Shown here one piece after another: positions 11,552 through 25,129 of a stretch of DNA of 64,000 nt. Every line of letters begins with the position of its first letter. Positions within the stretch are counted from its first letter, which is position 1. The translations under genes were made by a program, and so were the position numbers. Below the pieces are notes generated by a model. It was given only the letters and a program-made list of their open reading frames with translations. It searched no databases and had not been told where the DNA came from. The DNA is from Octopus bimaculoides. Taxonomy: Eukaryota. Location of the stretch: assembly GCF_001194135.2 (NCBI RefSeq), contig NC_069003.1, positions 11,867,529-11,931,528 on the forward strand. The letters run 5' to 3'.

Positions 11552-14500
11552 TCTCTCCTCTCATTATTTCTTTCTCGTTTTTTTTCTCTCTTTTTCAATT
11601 TTTCCCTCTCCCTCTTTCTAATTTTCTCTTTCCCTCAATTTCAATTATTTTTCTCATTTCTGTCTCTCTCTTTAATCGTTTCTTTTATTTTTCTCTCCCT
11701 CGTTTTCATTCTCTTTTCCCTCCATTTTCTTTAACTCTTTCTTTTTCACCTCTCCCTCCCTCCTTTTCTGTTCCCCTTTCTCCCTCTCTTTCACTCCTCT
11801 ATTTCTTTCTCCCTTGCTTTAATCATTTCTTTCCCCTCTTCCCTCTCCTCCCTTGTCTCTCTCTCCCTCCCCTTCACACAAAACCGCCATTTCTATAATC
11901 TCCCATATCAGCAAGACATCACCACTATTGATACGTAAGAAACATTTCCTTCATTTATTTCCCTTTTCCTATACCACACATCATTTGCTTCTTCACCATT
12001 TGGTAAGCCTCCTTCAGTCCATTAATTCCTTCTCGAATACATTGACATTAAATACGACAAGCACCTATATATGATCTATATACCTATCTCTGCAGAATTC
12101 CAGTGGTCAAGCGAACCCCTATCTTCAAAAAAAAAAGGAAGGCCACATTTCTCAGTGAAGCCCTAAATACTTTTTTTTATGTGTGAAAATATAGATGTGA
12201 TGGTCACAACTGTATCGTCTTCGATCATAAAGTCCATTCGATAATAATTGACTGACTGGAGGTTAAATAAAATCAGGAAGAACTCCAACAGAGAAAGTAT
12301 GAGATACCCTAGATTAACTCATGTATAAATAACAGCTAAATGTCCCCTCAAATTGCACCCTGTTGGTTCAAAAAACAACGAGATATATTGGATAATGTCA
12401 TAAATACAAAATGTCTAGAAAGAAAACAGATGGGCTGGTCATGGCTGGAATGCTTTTGAACATTAGGTTTACTGTGATAGAACAAATCTGGAGCTAAGCA
12501 ATACCAACTAATGAATGAGTCCCCAACATGCTAGAAATATCAGCCAAATCGGCATAACTACACTTGTGTGCTTTCTCCACCGACTTCAGAAAAAATGGCT
12601 ATTTTTCTAAATGAAATTTTCTACAAATACGTTTTAGATGGTGTGGATTACGTTTATATCGGAATTTGATGTTAAATAAATGATGTATAAAGAAACAGGG
12701 TCGAGGTGTGTGTATTATCCGACCCTCCACTGCAAAATTCTGGTATAATAGTAATCTACTCCATCTCAAAAGTATTTCTTGAAAATTTCATTAAAAAAAA
12801 TATCCATTTTTCTCAAAGTTATGAGGAAACAAAGTCGATGTAGGGGCACACTCGGAAAAAGTATGAGATGCCCAAACTAACTCGTAGAGAAATAACAGCT
12901 AAATAAACCCTCAGATTACACCCAAATGTTTCAAAGTACGAGTAACTAGTTACAGTACGTCTGGAGAAAAAAAGATGTATAGGTCATGACTGGAGTGCTT
13001 TTGAGCGTAAATTTTGCTCAATTAAAGCTGACCTAGGGCTAAACAATCACCAATGAGCAAGCTCTTTCATGCAAGAAATAACAACAAAATCGACCTCAAA
13101 CCATACGTTACTGTCATAAAAAAGGAAGGTCGTATTAGATAATGTGACCCCTTGATGTTCGATGCACGATGTCTTAGTAAAAGACAGGATGGTCGCGTCT
13201 GGAACATCTTTGATAATAGTTCTGCTAGGTCAACAAACATGGTTCCTACCATGTCGTCTGCTTTCAATATTGATTTTTTTTTTAGTGATTATGCAGAAAA
13301 TATTGATTAACAGACAATTGTTTTTGATTGATAATTTATAGTTTTTACATCTCTCGTTTCTTCATTAATTTATTTTTAAACCTTCAATATTTTTCTTCTT
13401 TCTCTCTCTTTCTTTCTGTCACATTGTCTTTCGCTCCCTCTGTCTATTTCTATGTCTTCTCTCTCTCTCTCTCTCAATCTGTCTGCCTGTCTCTATCTCC
13501 TTATCTCGCCGTCTACCTTTCTCCTGGCTGTCCTTCTCTTCTTCTATCTGGAACCCTTTGGAAGCATCTACGTGATCACCAGTTCCGCCTCGAAATAGCT
13601 GCCAAATCCCATTCCTCAAATCATAAAAAAAGAAGGTCACACAGGAAGGATAATATAAGTCCTAGACACATTATGTCAAAAAAGATGGGATGGCACGGTT
13701 GGCACGTTTGATAAAGGAAGAAAGCCCTGGAAGCTAAACGAGTGGCCGCTAGTTGGTTACTCATCATACTAGAAATAACAGCCAAATTTCCTTCATATCT
13801 TACCTTACTGTCTTTATAAAAAAATATATTAATATGAACCTAGTTATACTGTGTGAAATAAAAATAAGACAGGATGGTCACAATTGGAGTCGCGTCTTTC
13901 ATCGTGCTTTTCTGCTCGATCAGAGCTGGCCTAGGGCTAAATAACAGCAGCAACAATCGCTCTCCTACCCATCACCTCAGTTTTTTTTTTTCAATCAAAG
14001 TTTATCAATCGATAAATAATGGTTTTGTTGATAATATCTTCTTTTATTTCTAATCTGTGTTCCTTTCATTTCCACAATTAAAATATAATTATTTTCAGCT
14101 TGATTAGCTTCTGAAGACTTTCCATTAGGTCTTCATTTTTAACCCTCAAGTCAGCTAATCGTTGATCCGGCAGACGTTCAGACAAAGACGTTCCAACCCT
14201 GATCATCCCGTCTGTACTTACTGTTCATAATGGATCTAGAACCATTTTATCCAATCTATCAGTCATTCCTTTTTAAGTTAGTACGATGTGATTTATGAGC
14301 AATTTGGCTGCTATTTTTAGTTGGTTAAAGCTCCTATGTTTGTACTAATGTTGTTTAGCTCTGTATCAGTCCTGTTCGAATAGACAACCTATAAACAGGG
14401 ATATTCCAACCGTGACCATCTCGTTGTTTCAAATATTGTGTGTCTATCTGTACATTATTCACTGTCCTCTTTTTTAAGCCAGTAAGGTGTGATTTAAGGC

Positions 14501-14584
14501 AGATTTGGTTGTTATTTCTAGCATATTAGCTTCTATGTGGTTAAGAGAGGGAGAAAGAAAGGATAAAGAGATTGATGAAGGTTT

Positions 14585-15020
14585 TAAAATAGTTAATTTA
14601 ATTAAAGAAGAAATGAAGGAGGAATGTTAAGAAGATTAATCATCAATCAAAAATGATTGTTAATAAATTTCTTCTTCAATCACAAAAAAAAATCAATCAT
14701 GTTGATCAGATGTATCAATTAGACATGATGGGAGCCATGTTTGGTTTTGTATGACCATAGATCAGTCTTGATCCAGCATGTTTGTTGAACAGCTAAGTCC
14801 TGGGTTTTAAAATAATTAATGAAAAAAATGAAGGAGAAATGTAAGAAAATTAATCATCAGTCACAAATGATTGTCTGTTTATCAATAAATTTCTTGTATA
14901 ATCCCTAAAAAATCAATAATGTTGAGATCAGATGTATCATTTAGACATGATGGGAGCCATGTTTGGTTTTGTATGGCCCTAGGTCATCTTGATCCAGCAG
15001 GTTCATTGAACAACTAAGTT
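14585..15020. repeat. About 220 bp imperfect tandem duplication
   Basis: Unit aagaa..atgaaggag.aatgt...gatcagatgtatca.ttagacatgatgggagccatgtttggttttgtatg...cttgatccagca...gaaca.ctaagt occurs twice. Confidence 0.8.
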
Positions 15021-15063
15021 TGGTCCATAGATCCCCACCACTCCAAATATGTCAACCATTCCA

Positions 15064-15731
15064 CAGTATGCTCCGTTGGATGTGTAATGTCAATGTGAAT
15101 ACCCGTCAGAGTGTAAGTATCTTGAGAGAAAAGCTGAACATTAGAAGCATCAGTTGTGGCGTGCAAGAGAGACGATTGCGCTGGTATGGACATGTGGTGA
15201 GAATGGAGGAGGATAGCTGCGTGAAAAAGTGCCACACCCTAACAGTTGAGGGAACCCGTGGAAGAGGTAGGCCCAGGAAGACCTGGGCTGAGGTGGTGAG
15301 GTAAGACCTTCGTACATTGGGCCTCACCGAGGCGATGACTACNNNNNNNNNNNNNNNNNNNNNNNNNNNNNNNNNNNNNNNNNNNNNNNNNNNNNNNNNN
15401 NNNNNNNNNNNNNNNNNNNNNNNNNNNNNNNNNNNNNNNNNNNNNNNNNNNNNNNNNNNNNNNNNNNNNNNNNNNNNNNNNNNNNNNNNNNNNNNNNNNN
15501 NNNNNNNNNNNNATTTCGAGCGTGGCCGTTTTCGTGCGGGTGACACGTAAAAGCACCCACTACACTCTCTGAGTGGTTGGCGTTAGGAAGGGCATCCAGC
15601 TGTAGAAACTCTGCCAAATCGGACTGGAGCCTGGTGTTGCCATCCGGTTTCACCAGTCCTCAGTCAAATCGTCCAACCCATGCTAGCATGGAAAGCGGAC
15701 GTTAAACGATGATGATGATGATGATGATGAT
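15064..15731 (+). mobile_element. 5'-truncated RTE-type LINE (RT C-terminus, 3'UTR, (GAT)n tail), interrupted by a gap
   Basis: MLRWMCNV...LREKLNIRSI...RRLRWYGHVVRM...GRGRPRKTWAEVVR*DL with a premature stop; 3'UTR ends ccaacccatgctagcatggaaagcggacgttaaac(gat)n. Confidence 0.85.
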
Positions 15732-16067
15732 TCCACCTCTTCCCAAGTAATATTAGAACCCACAAATAATGTGTACTCTGATATATCAAAATTGTCATTA
15801 TTGTTTAACCTCATGTCATCCATTATTGGGTAGATCTATGATTAAAGATGTTTCAATCTTGAAACCTCACATCTTTTATATTCCCCCCCCCCCAAAAAAA
15901 AAAACATTCCCCCCCCATTTAATGTTAATTATATACATTTTTACTTTTCAGTTTGTTGTCATCAACCGAGAGAATACCATAATATTTTGATTTTTTTATG
16001 TGGTACAATAACTTATTTGATTTTGCTTGATGGTCACATCTGGCTGGATCACAACAGCACACATGCA

Positions 16068-16445
16068 CCATTGCTGTGTGGTTAAGAAGTTCACTTTGCA
16101 ATGATGTGGTTTCAGGTTCAGTCCTACTGCGTGGTATCTTCAGCAAATATCTTCTACTGTAGCCCTGGATTGACTAATGCCTTGTGATTAAATTTGGTTG
16201 GTGCAAACTATAGAAGCCCATTATATACATATGTGCGTGTGTGTTTGTCTGTGTCACCCAACCACCATCATTTGACAACTAGTGTTGGTTTGTTTATGTC
16301 TGTAACTTAGCGTTCGGCTAAAGAGGTCTGATGGAATAAGTACCAGATTTAGTAAGTACTGGGGTTTGATCTATCCTATTAAAATCATTCAAGACGGTGC
16401 CCCAGCATGGTCACAGTCCAGTGACCGAGACAAATAGAAATATCT
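16068..16445 (+). mobile_element. SINE family B, diverged
   Basis: gctgtgtggttaagaag...ggttcagtcctactgcgtgg...ccagcatggtcacagtccagtgaccgagacaa. Confidence 0.7.
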
Positions 16446-17030
16446 AAAAGAAAAAACATGCACACCACATACCACACATACACACCACACATAGCTGCTG
16501 CCATCAACACTGCAACCCCCCATAGTCTTATGAGATTGTGTGAGATCTACATTAGCCATAATTGTAAACATTACTGAAATCTGTTACACTTGAGTCTAAT
16601 GCCTCCTCTTCAATTATGGGACATTAACATGGAAACCCAACAATTACTGTCTGTTATTATTATAATTACAATAATCATTGTCAGTTAATGTAAATACTGA
16701 GACAGTTTTTAATTGAATCAATCCAAAACATGGTCTCCCTTTGCCTCTTTTAGCTTTTTTTTTCTTTTCTCTTGATTCAGACCTGCTGCCACCACGGGGT
16801 GGCTTTCTTTCATCATCTTTTTCTTTCTTTCTCTCTCTCTTTTTACTGTAGGGGAAATATGTATTTATTTACTTTTTGTATATCTTTGTCCTTCTCCTCT
16901 GTCTGTCTCTCTCTGTCCAATCTCCTCTCCCTACAAAAGCAAACAAATCACAATTTCAGTTACTGTCAAGCTTTCCATGGCAAAAGTTTAATAAACATGT
17001 ACTCAGTTAAAAAGTATTGAGTTGTCCTTG

Positions 17031-17079
<49 letters not shown>

Positions 17080-17571
17080 NNNNNNNNNNNNNNNNNNNNN
17101 NNNNNNNNNNNNNNNNNNNNNNNNNNNNNNNNNNNNNNNNNNNNNNNNNNNNNNNNNNNNNNNNNNNNNNNNNNNNNNNNNNNNNNNNNNNNNNNNNNNN
17201 NNNNNNNNNNNNNNNNNNNNNNNNNNNNNNNNNNNNNNNNNNNNNNNNNNNNNNNNNNNNNNNNNNNNNNNNNNNNNNNNNNNNNNNNNNNNNNNNNNNN
17301 NNNNNNNNNNNNNNNNNNNNNNNNNNNNNNNNNNNNNNNNNNNNNNNNNNNNNNNNNNNNNNNNNNNNNNNNNNNNNNNNNNNNNNNNNNNNNNNNNNNN
17401 NNNNNNNNNNNNNNNNNNNNNNNNNNNNNNNNNNNNNNNNNNNNNNNNNNNNNNNNNNNNNNNNNNNNNNNNNNNNNNNNNNNNNNNNNNNNNNNNNNNN
17501 NNNNNNNNNNNNNNNNNNNNNNNNNNNNNNNNNNNNNNNNNNNNNNNNNNNNNNNNNNNNNNNNNNNNNNN

Positions 17572-17703
17572 ATAAGAAGCTTGCTTCCCAACCACCACAT
17601 GGTTCCAGGTTCAGTCCCACTACATGGCAAGTGTCTTCTACTATAGCCTTGGGCTGACCAAAGCCTTGTGAGTGGATTTGGTAGGCAGGAACTGAAAGAA
17701 GCT

Positions 17704-17755
<52 letters not shown>

Positions 17756-17970
17756 TGTGTGTGTATGTTTGTGTGTCTGTGTTTGCCCCTCCCACTATTA
17801 CTTGACAACTGATGTTGGTGTGTTTATGTCCCCGTAATTTAGCGGTTTGGCAAAAGACACTGATAGAATAAGTACTAGGTTTGCAAAAAATAAGACCTGG
17901 GGTTGATTCGTTCGACTAAAGGTAGTGCTCCAGCATGGCTACAGTCAAATGACTGAAACAAGTAAAAGTA
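17572..17970 (+). mobile_element. SINE family B (start lies in gap)
   Basis: Family B body and tail; CpGs mostly converted to TpG/CpA. Confidence 0.8.
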
Positions 17971-18374
17971 GTATACTCTTGAGGTTAATTTGTGAGGTGG
18001 GTGAGTATTCCAAAACATAAACCCTTCAGGTAATTCTCAGGCAAAATTAGCTTGACATTATGTGACAAAGCTGTAGTTTTTTTTTTAATTACAGGTACAA
18101 TCCACTTGATGGTCTTCTACATAGTTTCTGTTTATCAAGTTTCACTCACAAGTTATTGGTTGATCTGAGGCTATAAATAAAAAGAAAATTTACCCAAGAA
18201 GTCCTACAGTGGGATCAAATCTAGGGCCTCATGTTTGTAACACAAACTTCTTAACTGTTTGACCATATTGTGCCTTCAAGTATAATTATTATGTTTCACT
18301 TGTTTCAAATTTTGATACAAGGCTAGAAATTTTATGGACAGTGTTAGTTGATCACATCAACCCCAGTACTTGAT

Positions 18375-18775
18375 TACTCTTTTACTTGTTTCAGTCATTT
18401 GATTGCGGCCGTGCTGGAGCACCGCCTTTAGTCGAGCAACTCGACCCCAGGACTTATTCTTTGTAAGCCTAGTACTTATTCTATCGGTCTCTTTTGCCGA
18501 ACCGCTAAGTAATGGGAACATAAACACACCAGCATCGGTTGTCAAGCGATGCTGGCGGGGGGACAAGCACAGACACAAACTTATACGCACACATACATGT
18601 ATCTCCATATATGCGACTGGCTTCTTTCAGTTTCCGTCTACCAAATTCACTCACAAGGCTTTGGTCAGCCCGAGGCTATAGTAGAAGACATTTGCCCAAG
18701 GTGCCACGCAGTGGGACTGAACCTAGAACCATGTGGTTGGTAAACAAGCTACTTACCACACAGCCACTCCTGCAC
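18375..18775 (-). mobile_element. SINE family B, full-length
   Basis: Reverse-complement copy with tail ctcttttacttgtttcagtc and head cttaccacacagccactcctg. Confidence 0.9.
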
Positions 18776-19061
18776 CTATATTGATATTTGATTGATATTT
18801 TATTTTATTGATCCTGGAGAAGGATAACAGGCAAAGTTAATCATGGTGGAATTTGAACTTGGCATGTAAAGAGCTGGAAGAATTGCCACTAAAAATTTTA
18901 TCTGACATACTAAAACTATATCATTTTTGTTATATCTATCACTTATATTTCATTGCTGATTATTAACAATTATTTGTTTACCTTGCACTTCAATTTAGCA
19001 TAGTTTGTTTCATTTTTGCCCTCCATATTATATGTACAAAGTTCAAAAGATTGCCCTACAG

Positions 19062-19250
19062 CAACGATCTGCAACCTTTTTTTCACTTGCAAGTACACTT
19101 ATATTCTTTTCAAAATTCTGCAGCACACATGAAGTAAAAACATAACTAAACGTATAGGGAAAAAAAATTATATTCAGGTTGCACTGCAGCACACCTAGCA
19201 TCGTCTCATGGCACACCAGTGTGCTGTGGCATACCGGTTGTGGAGCAGTG
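19062..19250. mobile_element. hAT-like MITE
   Basis: Exact 8-bp TSD ccctacag at 19054-19061 and 19251-19258; imperfect TIRs caacgatctgcaacc / ggttgtggagcagtg. Confidence 0.6.
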
Positions 19251-19419
19251 CCCTACAGGCAGTCAGATTTTTTAATCCAGTCTTGTGTTGTTTCATATAT
19301 CAATCATGACTGTTTCTTTTCTCTGTCAATTCCTGTTTTGCTCACTTTAGCTTATCCCTCTCTTAGCAGACCAATGAACAAAGATGTTCCAATCATGATG
19401 TCTTTTCTTTTTATCAGAT

Positions 19420-19805
19420 GTTTCAGTCATTTGACTGGCCATGCTGGAGCACTGCCTTTTAGTCGCGCAAATCGACCCCAGGACTTATTCTTTGTAAGCC
19501 TGGTACTTATTCTATCGATCTCTTTTTGCCGAACTGCTAAGTTACGGGGACGTAAACACACCAGCCTCGGTTGTCAAGCGAAGTTGGGGGGACAAACACA
19601 GACACACAAACATATACACACATACATATACATATACATATATACAACGGGCTTCTTTCAGTTTCCGTCTACCAAATCCCCCCACAAGGCTTTGGTCGGC
19701 CCAAGGCTATAGTAGAAGACACTTTCCCAAGGTGCCATGCAGTGAGACAGAACCCAGAACCATGTGGTTGGTAAGCAAGCTACTTACCACACAGCAACTC
19801 CTGTG
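19420..19805 (-). mobile_element. SINE family B, full-length
   Basis: Reverse-complement family B body and head. Confidence 0.9.
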
Positions 19806-21879
19806 CCTATCTATTCCATTATATAAAAAAAAAGCTGCTTTTAGATTAGTTTGGAGTATGTGATTTTTACTAAAGGAAGGCAATTATAAAAGTCTTCCCT
19901 ATCTAGAAAACTCTTAAAAATTTTAATATATCTTTCAAAATCCGGTTTTTAGTATTCTTTTATTATTGAAGATTTCAACTACAGAAGACACATTTTTATT
20001 CTTTGTGAGATATTGTTTTTTTAACACTGTGAGGTAGTGTCCCTTCTTTGTCTTTTCTCTATCATACACTTTATGATGCTACTTTCTACCGCCAAATCAG
20101 TAAAAACATTTCTCCAAATAATAAGTGTAACCCAGTATCAGCTAAATTACTTGTGGGATGTTTTTCAAGAAGGAAAGTAGTTTTAATTTATTTATGACAA
20201 TTGTACCAAATATAAATTTTTGTCCAGAATCATATCTTATGTACCCATTTGTTTTTAAACATGGTTGTGTGTGGTTCACTGAAGATTTGGCTGCTATTTT
20301 GAGCAGGTTAAGTGACCATGTAAACACCCTGTTATTGTAGACAAGAGCTGTAAATATATACTTTAGGGTGTGTGTTTTAGTGCTGTCTTTTAGAACATTT
20401 GCAGGAATTGTTCTGTTGGATGTAAGCTACATGAGGTATTTAGGACGCACAAAGTATCAAATCTCTTGTTCAGTGTAGGATAAATGAAGGAAAATGGGGT
20501 GGTGTGTGTGTGTTGGTAATAATTACTTAATGAGTGGATTTATAGAAGAGTTTTTGATTTGTTGAATTGCAATGAGATGTGAAGAAGTTAAATTTCGTTT
20601 GACAGTGAAGGAAAGAGAAAGGGTGGTATGTGTGCAAGTGTGTATTGGCTTGAGTAGTGTGGAATAGAATCTGGTCTCTCTCTCAATCTAGAAATCTTCT
20701 GTTATTATTTATTCTCCATGGTAACTTTGAAACTCCACGTATTACTGGTATTGGTTCAGAAAAACTGCTACATTTCAAATATATATTATATTGCTTTAAA
20801 ATGTAACTCTCCTGCACTTAGTTGTCAGGTAAGAAGCGAGGTGATAATGACGTATATGCAAATATTGTGAATAGATTTCAATACATGGTAGAAGAAATAT
20901 AGAACTACATACAAACACACTGTCTTCCTAATTGTCTCATTCTGTATATATGTGTGCATATAATTATACATATATATATATCTTATATGTATAAAAGATT
21001 TTTTGTGTGTGTATGTTCCTTATGCATTCCAAAACCGAGTTGCCGATTTTGACATATGGAGTATCAAAAGATTCAGTAGGCTTTGCCTACCAACTAAACT
21101 ATATTTTCATTCACCATATTTGCATTACAAAAATTTAACATTGTCATTTTTCTTTTAGTCACCTATTGTAAACGCCATTTTATATCACCACCACAATGAT
21201 AATGACGTCACATTTTCTATATGAGTGTGTTCGTGACCTATGTTAGGCCAATGACTGACAAGTATATGTGTGTGACGGTGTATGTGTCTGTCAGCATACA
21301 CACATTTTTGTGACGACTGATACACACAGGGACAGAGATAAGCTTCAGGTATGCATTAATGTGTGTATTAGTTTATGTGTGTAACTTTCTCCTGCCACCA
21401 GTGAAACGCACCGATATCGAAAGTTTGGTTGCGGTCAGCATTCACTTTGAAGTACTGCCAACATAAAGATTTGGTTGATTTAACACCATTCACAATACTT
21501 GCAAATATATCTGAAAAAGAAATGTTATTCTGGTTATTATAACAAAGCAAAGTAGAAAGCCTCGGCAGCTCTTTCAGTATAATTACAGAAATGTTATTCC
21601 ACTCCTTCTAACCAGTTTCAAGATAATTTTCAACAGTCCTCCCAAGCTTCTTCATCAGTATCAACGTCACAAAACCTTTTTACTGCGTTAGTATTTATTC
21701 TACAGCCTATAACGTTACACAGTTAAAAAATATGTAGGAATGTCAAGTTAATTTATATCTTGCTATAAACATGGAACGAGTTATCTTGCTTGTCTATGGT
21801 TCCCAGGTGTTTTAACACCAGCTGGATTGATGAGAAAATATTGTGTATGTGTGTTCAATATATATATATATATATATAT

Positions 21880-22252
21880 GGAGGCGCAATGGCCCAGTGG
21901 TTAGGGCAGTCGACTCGTGGTTTTGATTCCCAGACCGGGCGTTGTGAGTGTTTATTGAGTGAAAACACCTAAATCTCCACGAGGCTCCGGCAGGGGATGG
22001 TGGTGAACCCTGCTGTACTCTTTCACCACAACTTTCTCTCACTCTTACTTCCTGTTTCTGTTGTGCCTGTAATTCAAAGGGTCAGCCTTGTCACACTGTG
22101 TGTCACGCTGAATCTCCACGAGAGCTACGTTAAGGGTACACGTGTCTGTGGAGTGCTCAGCCACTTGCACGCTAATTTCACGAGCAGGCTGTTCCGTTGA
22201 TCGGATCAACTGGAACCCTCGACGTTGTAAGCGACGGAGTGCCAACAACAAC
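21880..22252 (+). mobile_element. SINE family A inserted in a (TA)n microsatellite
   Basis: Same head, body and (AAC)n tail as 11183; flanked on both sides by (TA)n. Confidence 0.9.
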
Positions 22253-22472
22253 ATATATATATATATATCTCAAAGGGGCTAAACACTTATGACCAGCATG
22301 TTTGAGAAATTGTCAATATTGCAAGTGCAAAAGTTGGTGCAAATCAAAACTTTTAGTAACATTCTGACCTAGTTTTATGCCGTAACTATTAATATACTCT
22401 CAATAATATATGTATATTAAATACCATACAACATAAATTCTTGATTTATTAAAATTATCTCTGCTTCTAGAG

Positions 22473-22706
22473 CAGTGGTTCTCAACTGGGGTCCACATAA
22501 GATTTTGTTGTTAAAATTTATGTGCAATACTTATACTTCTACAATACACAAAATATTAAAAATTTCTTTATACAATTCCTAATAATATTTAACTATAAGA
22601 ATACAGTAGGAATTTTTTATATACATCGAATGGCTATGGAGGTCCAGTGGAGTAAAATAGGAATCAAAGAGGTTCATAGGCAAGAAAAAATGGTTGAGAA
22701 CCTCTG
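22473..22706. mobile_element. hAT (Charlie-like) MITE
   Basis: TIRs cagtggttctcaac / gttgagaacctctg; flanks ttctagag and ctcttgag resemble the NTCTAGAN Charlie target (6 of 8 identical). Confidence 0.75.
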
Positions 22707-24108
22707 CTCTTGAGGATGTATCACATTAGGTATCACTATAGAACACTGTACAATGGCGACAAGCACAGTTCAAACCTGCAAAAGCACACTTTTTGCTTTA
22801 TCATTTTCATGTCAAAATAAATATTTTTGAAGAAAATTATATAACATTTGAAAAGTTCTGGATGTGAACTTTCTTCTCATATAATTTTAATTAAAATCTG
22901 ACAGTTACATATCATGTCAGGGTCCCTCAAAAACCCTAATATTTACAAAATTTGTCCTGTTTTTCTTTTTTTTTTCTTTTTTTTGACTGCTGAATAGTAG
23001 CCTTCATTCTAGTTCATTGCACTTGAGCACTGTAACTCTAGTTGTGTTAGAAATGATATTGTCATAATGCAGAAGGTTTTCAATTTATTTTCATATAAAA
23101 AAATCAATGGGAATAGGTCAGATGATCATTATGAAATATAAAAGTTAAAATTTTGTTAATTTTTACTTAGAAAAGGGCATATTTTCTTCAAGATTTTATA
23201 TTATAAGAAAAAAAAAAAATTCTCATGAATTCAATATAGTCATTGATAGTTCTGACCACTCCATGGTGAAAAAGTGCAAAGTCACTAAAAAGGGTGGTTT
23301 TCTGACTCTACTTGCTAAACTGATATATTTGCACATGGCAAGAGGTCGAACAGAACACAAATCCAAGGCTTCAAATATTGAGTTTGAGCTAGGATTTCAG
23401 GAAATGGGCAAACTAATTACTAAGTAAAAATATATTTCTACAAAACAATGCACTAAGTTGAGTTTAATGAGTCTTCTTGAGCCCAAACTTAGCATGAAAT
23501 TGTTGTATTGAGAATGTTGTTTATTCCTTCTTGCTGTTTTAACATGCGGAGAGCCTTTAGGCAAACCTAGTGGATATGCTTGTACATGTAAATTTTATTT
23601 TTCTTTAAGAAATATTGGTCAAATTCCACCAATAAAAATCATGAATGTCCCAAAAGTTTTCTTCCTAAAAAGCTTATCCCCATCATTTCCAAGACTGTGA
23701 TGCAAATAAACAAAAATTGTAAAAGTCCCCATCAAAACGGAGAAAATCCAACTTATGTGGGTGTCCTGATCCAAAATTCCACCATTTACAGCCATTTTTA
23801 ATAGACTATTAAAATTTTATTGAAATGGTGTCATGTACTAAAATCTTATAATTTATTTATTTCCATAACTACTACAAATGTGCCAAAACTCAACTTCTTG
23901 TGACTGGAAGTTTTGGGATTTGTTAGGTCTGAAGACACTGCAAAATTCACCATCTGTTACAGGCTTTTCATAAATATTTAAAATATTGCCTAGAAAAATG
24001 TTTTCCTTCCAAGAACCTGAAAAAGAAATAGGTAACTACTATACCATGGTCACTATTAATTTGTGTAATTTATCACCTCAGTTTCAAAATTATGACATCA
24101 CAAATATA

Positions 24109-24974
24109 TTGGGTTATTCCATAAATAATGCAGTTTTTTCAATTGCATGAAGTAAAAGTCAGAGGGGGAAGAATAAACTACATACAACAACTTGCTATAA
24201 AAGTAGGTAGTAATGTTACCTTTGTTTTTATTTTTGGTGCAAATTTTGAAGAGTGCAGTTCCATTTTAATAGTTATTTTTTCAAAACTAAAATGGAAGTG
24301 ACAAAGGAGCATATTTGGCATTATGAGTTCAATAAAGGTAACAATGTAATGGAGAATGCGAGGCATATTAATGCAGTATATGGAGATAGGACAATAAGTG
24401 CAGGCCAGTGTCAGTGGTGGTTCCAGAAATTCCAAGCTGGAAACTACGGCCTAGAAGATGAGCCTCGTCCTGGAAGAGCTTGACAAGGATGTCTTGCAAA
24501 CCCTAGTGGAACAAAATCCCATTGTAACTGTTGAGGAACTAGCAAAGAAGCTTGGATTTAGTCATTCAACCATTCATCGACACCTATGCTTGAAGAAATT
24601 AACGACCGTCTTTGGTTTCAAGATGGAAGGTGTTCTTCCATCAGGATAATGCTTGGCCACATACAGCAAGGAATGACATTCCAAAGGCTGGAGCTATTTG
24701 AATGGGAAACAATACTCCACCCACCGTATTTGCTGGACATTGCCCCATCTGATTATGAATTCTGTAGACAAGGTCAGAATAGTACTGGAGGAGAATTTTT
24801 CATCACAGACAAGTGAATTTTGGACGAGGGGCCTTGTGAGTCTACCAGATAGATGGAAGAGCATTATAGAAAATGGAGAGTATAATTTAGATTAAAAAAG
24901 AACTTTGTTTATCTTAATTTTGAAAATAAAAGAAATATTTAAAAAAAAAACGCATCATTTATGGGATGACCCAA
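24109..24974 (+). mobile_element. Internally deleted mariner (Tc1/mariner) transposon
   Basis: TIRs ttgggttattccataaataatgcagtttt / aaaacgcatcatttatgggatgacccaa with TA on both sides; frameshifted transposase remnants MEVTKEH...YEFNKG...WWFQKFQAGNYGLEDEPRPGR, TVEELAKKLGFSHSTIHRHL, HPPYLLDIAPSDY, LPDRWKSIIENGEY. Confidence 0.9.
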
Positions 24975-25129
24975 TAGCTACTTAATAAATTTGGATGTTC
25001 TCCAAGAAAACATACCATAGAAATTACAATTTAATATTTTCAAAAATTCATGGGATACCTAGTCACATGGTCCAATCTTCAATTGTTGAAACTGAGTGAA
25101 AATATAATAAGTTGATTTATCGTCAGTCA

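Noticed and set aside
23240-23425. About 60-codon open frame (VIDSSDHSMVKKCKVTKKGGFLTLLAKLIYLHMARGRTEHK...)
   Set aside because: Lies in a repeat-like block and no family is recognised; possibly a transposase remnant, but insufficient evidence to call.
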